NCBI RefSeq assembly: GCF_009834535.1
Contig: NC_045696.1
Coordinates: forward strand, 73,286,001-73,350,000
Direction: 5' to 3'
Source of the DNA: Camelus ferus
Taxonomy: Eukaryota
Length of the DNA stretch: 64,000 bases
The notes under the pieces were generated by a model. It saw nothing but the letters and a program-made list of their open reading frames with translations. It had not been told where the DNA came from and made no database searches. The stretch's first letter is position 1. The number at the start of each line of letters is the position of its first letter. The translations under genes and the position numbers were made by a program. Shown piece by piece: positions 63,791 to 64,000 of the stretch.

Positions 63791-64000
63791 CAAGATTTGG
63801 AGCACTTCAAAATTGACTGCCTAATTTAAATTGCTTGAGTACAGTTAATCAATATTTATTTGCTTTTTCTAAGAGTGAAGAAAGCATATTATGGTGCTGA
63901 TTTCATCATTTATATGTTAAGAAAGAGTACAAAAGCAGTGTAGCAGTTCCAACGGTAGGCTCTGGAGGCAGAAATACCTGGATTATAAACACTCGTGAAC

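Noticed and set aside
1..64000. CRISPR arrays, tRNA/rRNA genes, LTR/ERV elements, prokaryotic systems
   Set aside because: None seen; the sequence is mammalian and the repeats found are LINE, SINE and DNA-transposon relics or simple repeats.

Overview
AT-rich placental-mammal DNA. It contains MIR, L2, MER and L1 repeats, and I saw no Alu, B1, BovB, PRE1 or SINEC elements. The young L1 3' ends suggest a cetartiodactyl, possibly a camelid (inference). No intact host gene was found. About a third of the window (10.2-30.5 kb) is a pile of nested or rearranged L1s. It ends in a full-length ~7.5 kb L1 (22936-30461) with a CpG-island 5'UTR, an intact ORF1 and a dead ORF2 carrying a divergent 199-bp internal duplication. 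The main finding is in the unique sequence across almost the whole window (~3.9-63.8 kb, + strand). A chain of decayed, mostly AG/GT-bounded exon-like segments translates, with stops and small indels, into motifs of the cyclic-nucleotide-binding-domain (CNBD) channel superfamily: S1-S4, a K+ pore with GYG/GFG-like filter, S6, C-linker and CNBD. They occur in the correct order and are repeated up to four times. This is the architecture of the four-repeat K+-selective CNG channel (CNGK) of sea-urchin and fish sperm, which is considered absent from mammals. I read it as an ancient unitary pseudogene. The call rests on by-eye motif matching with hand-placed frameshifts and needs profile-based confirmation.
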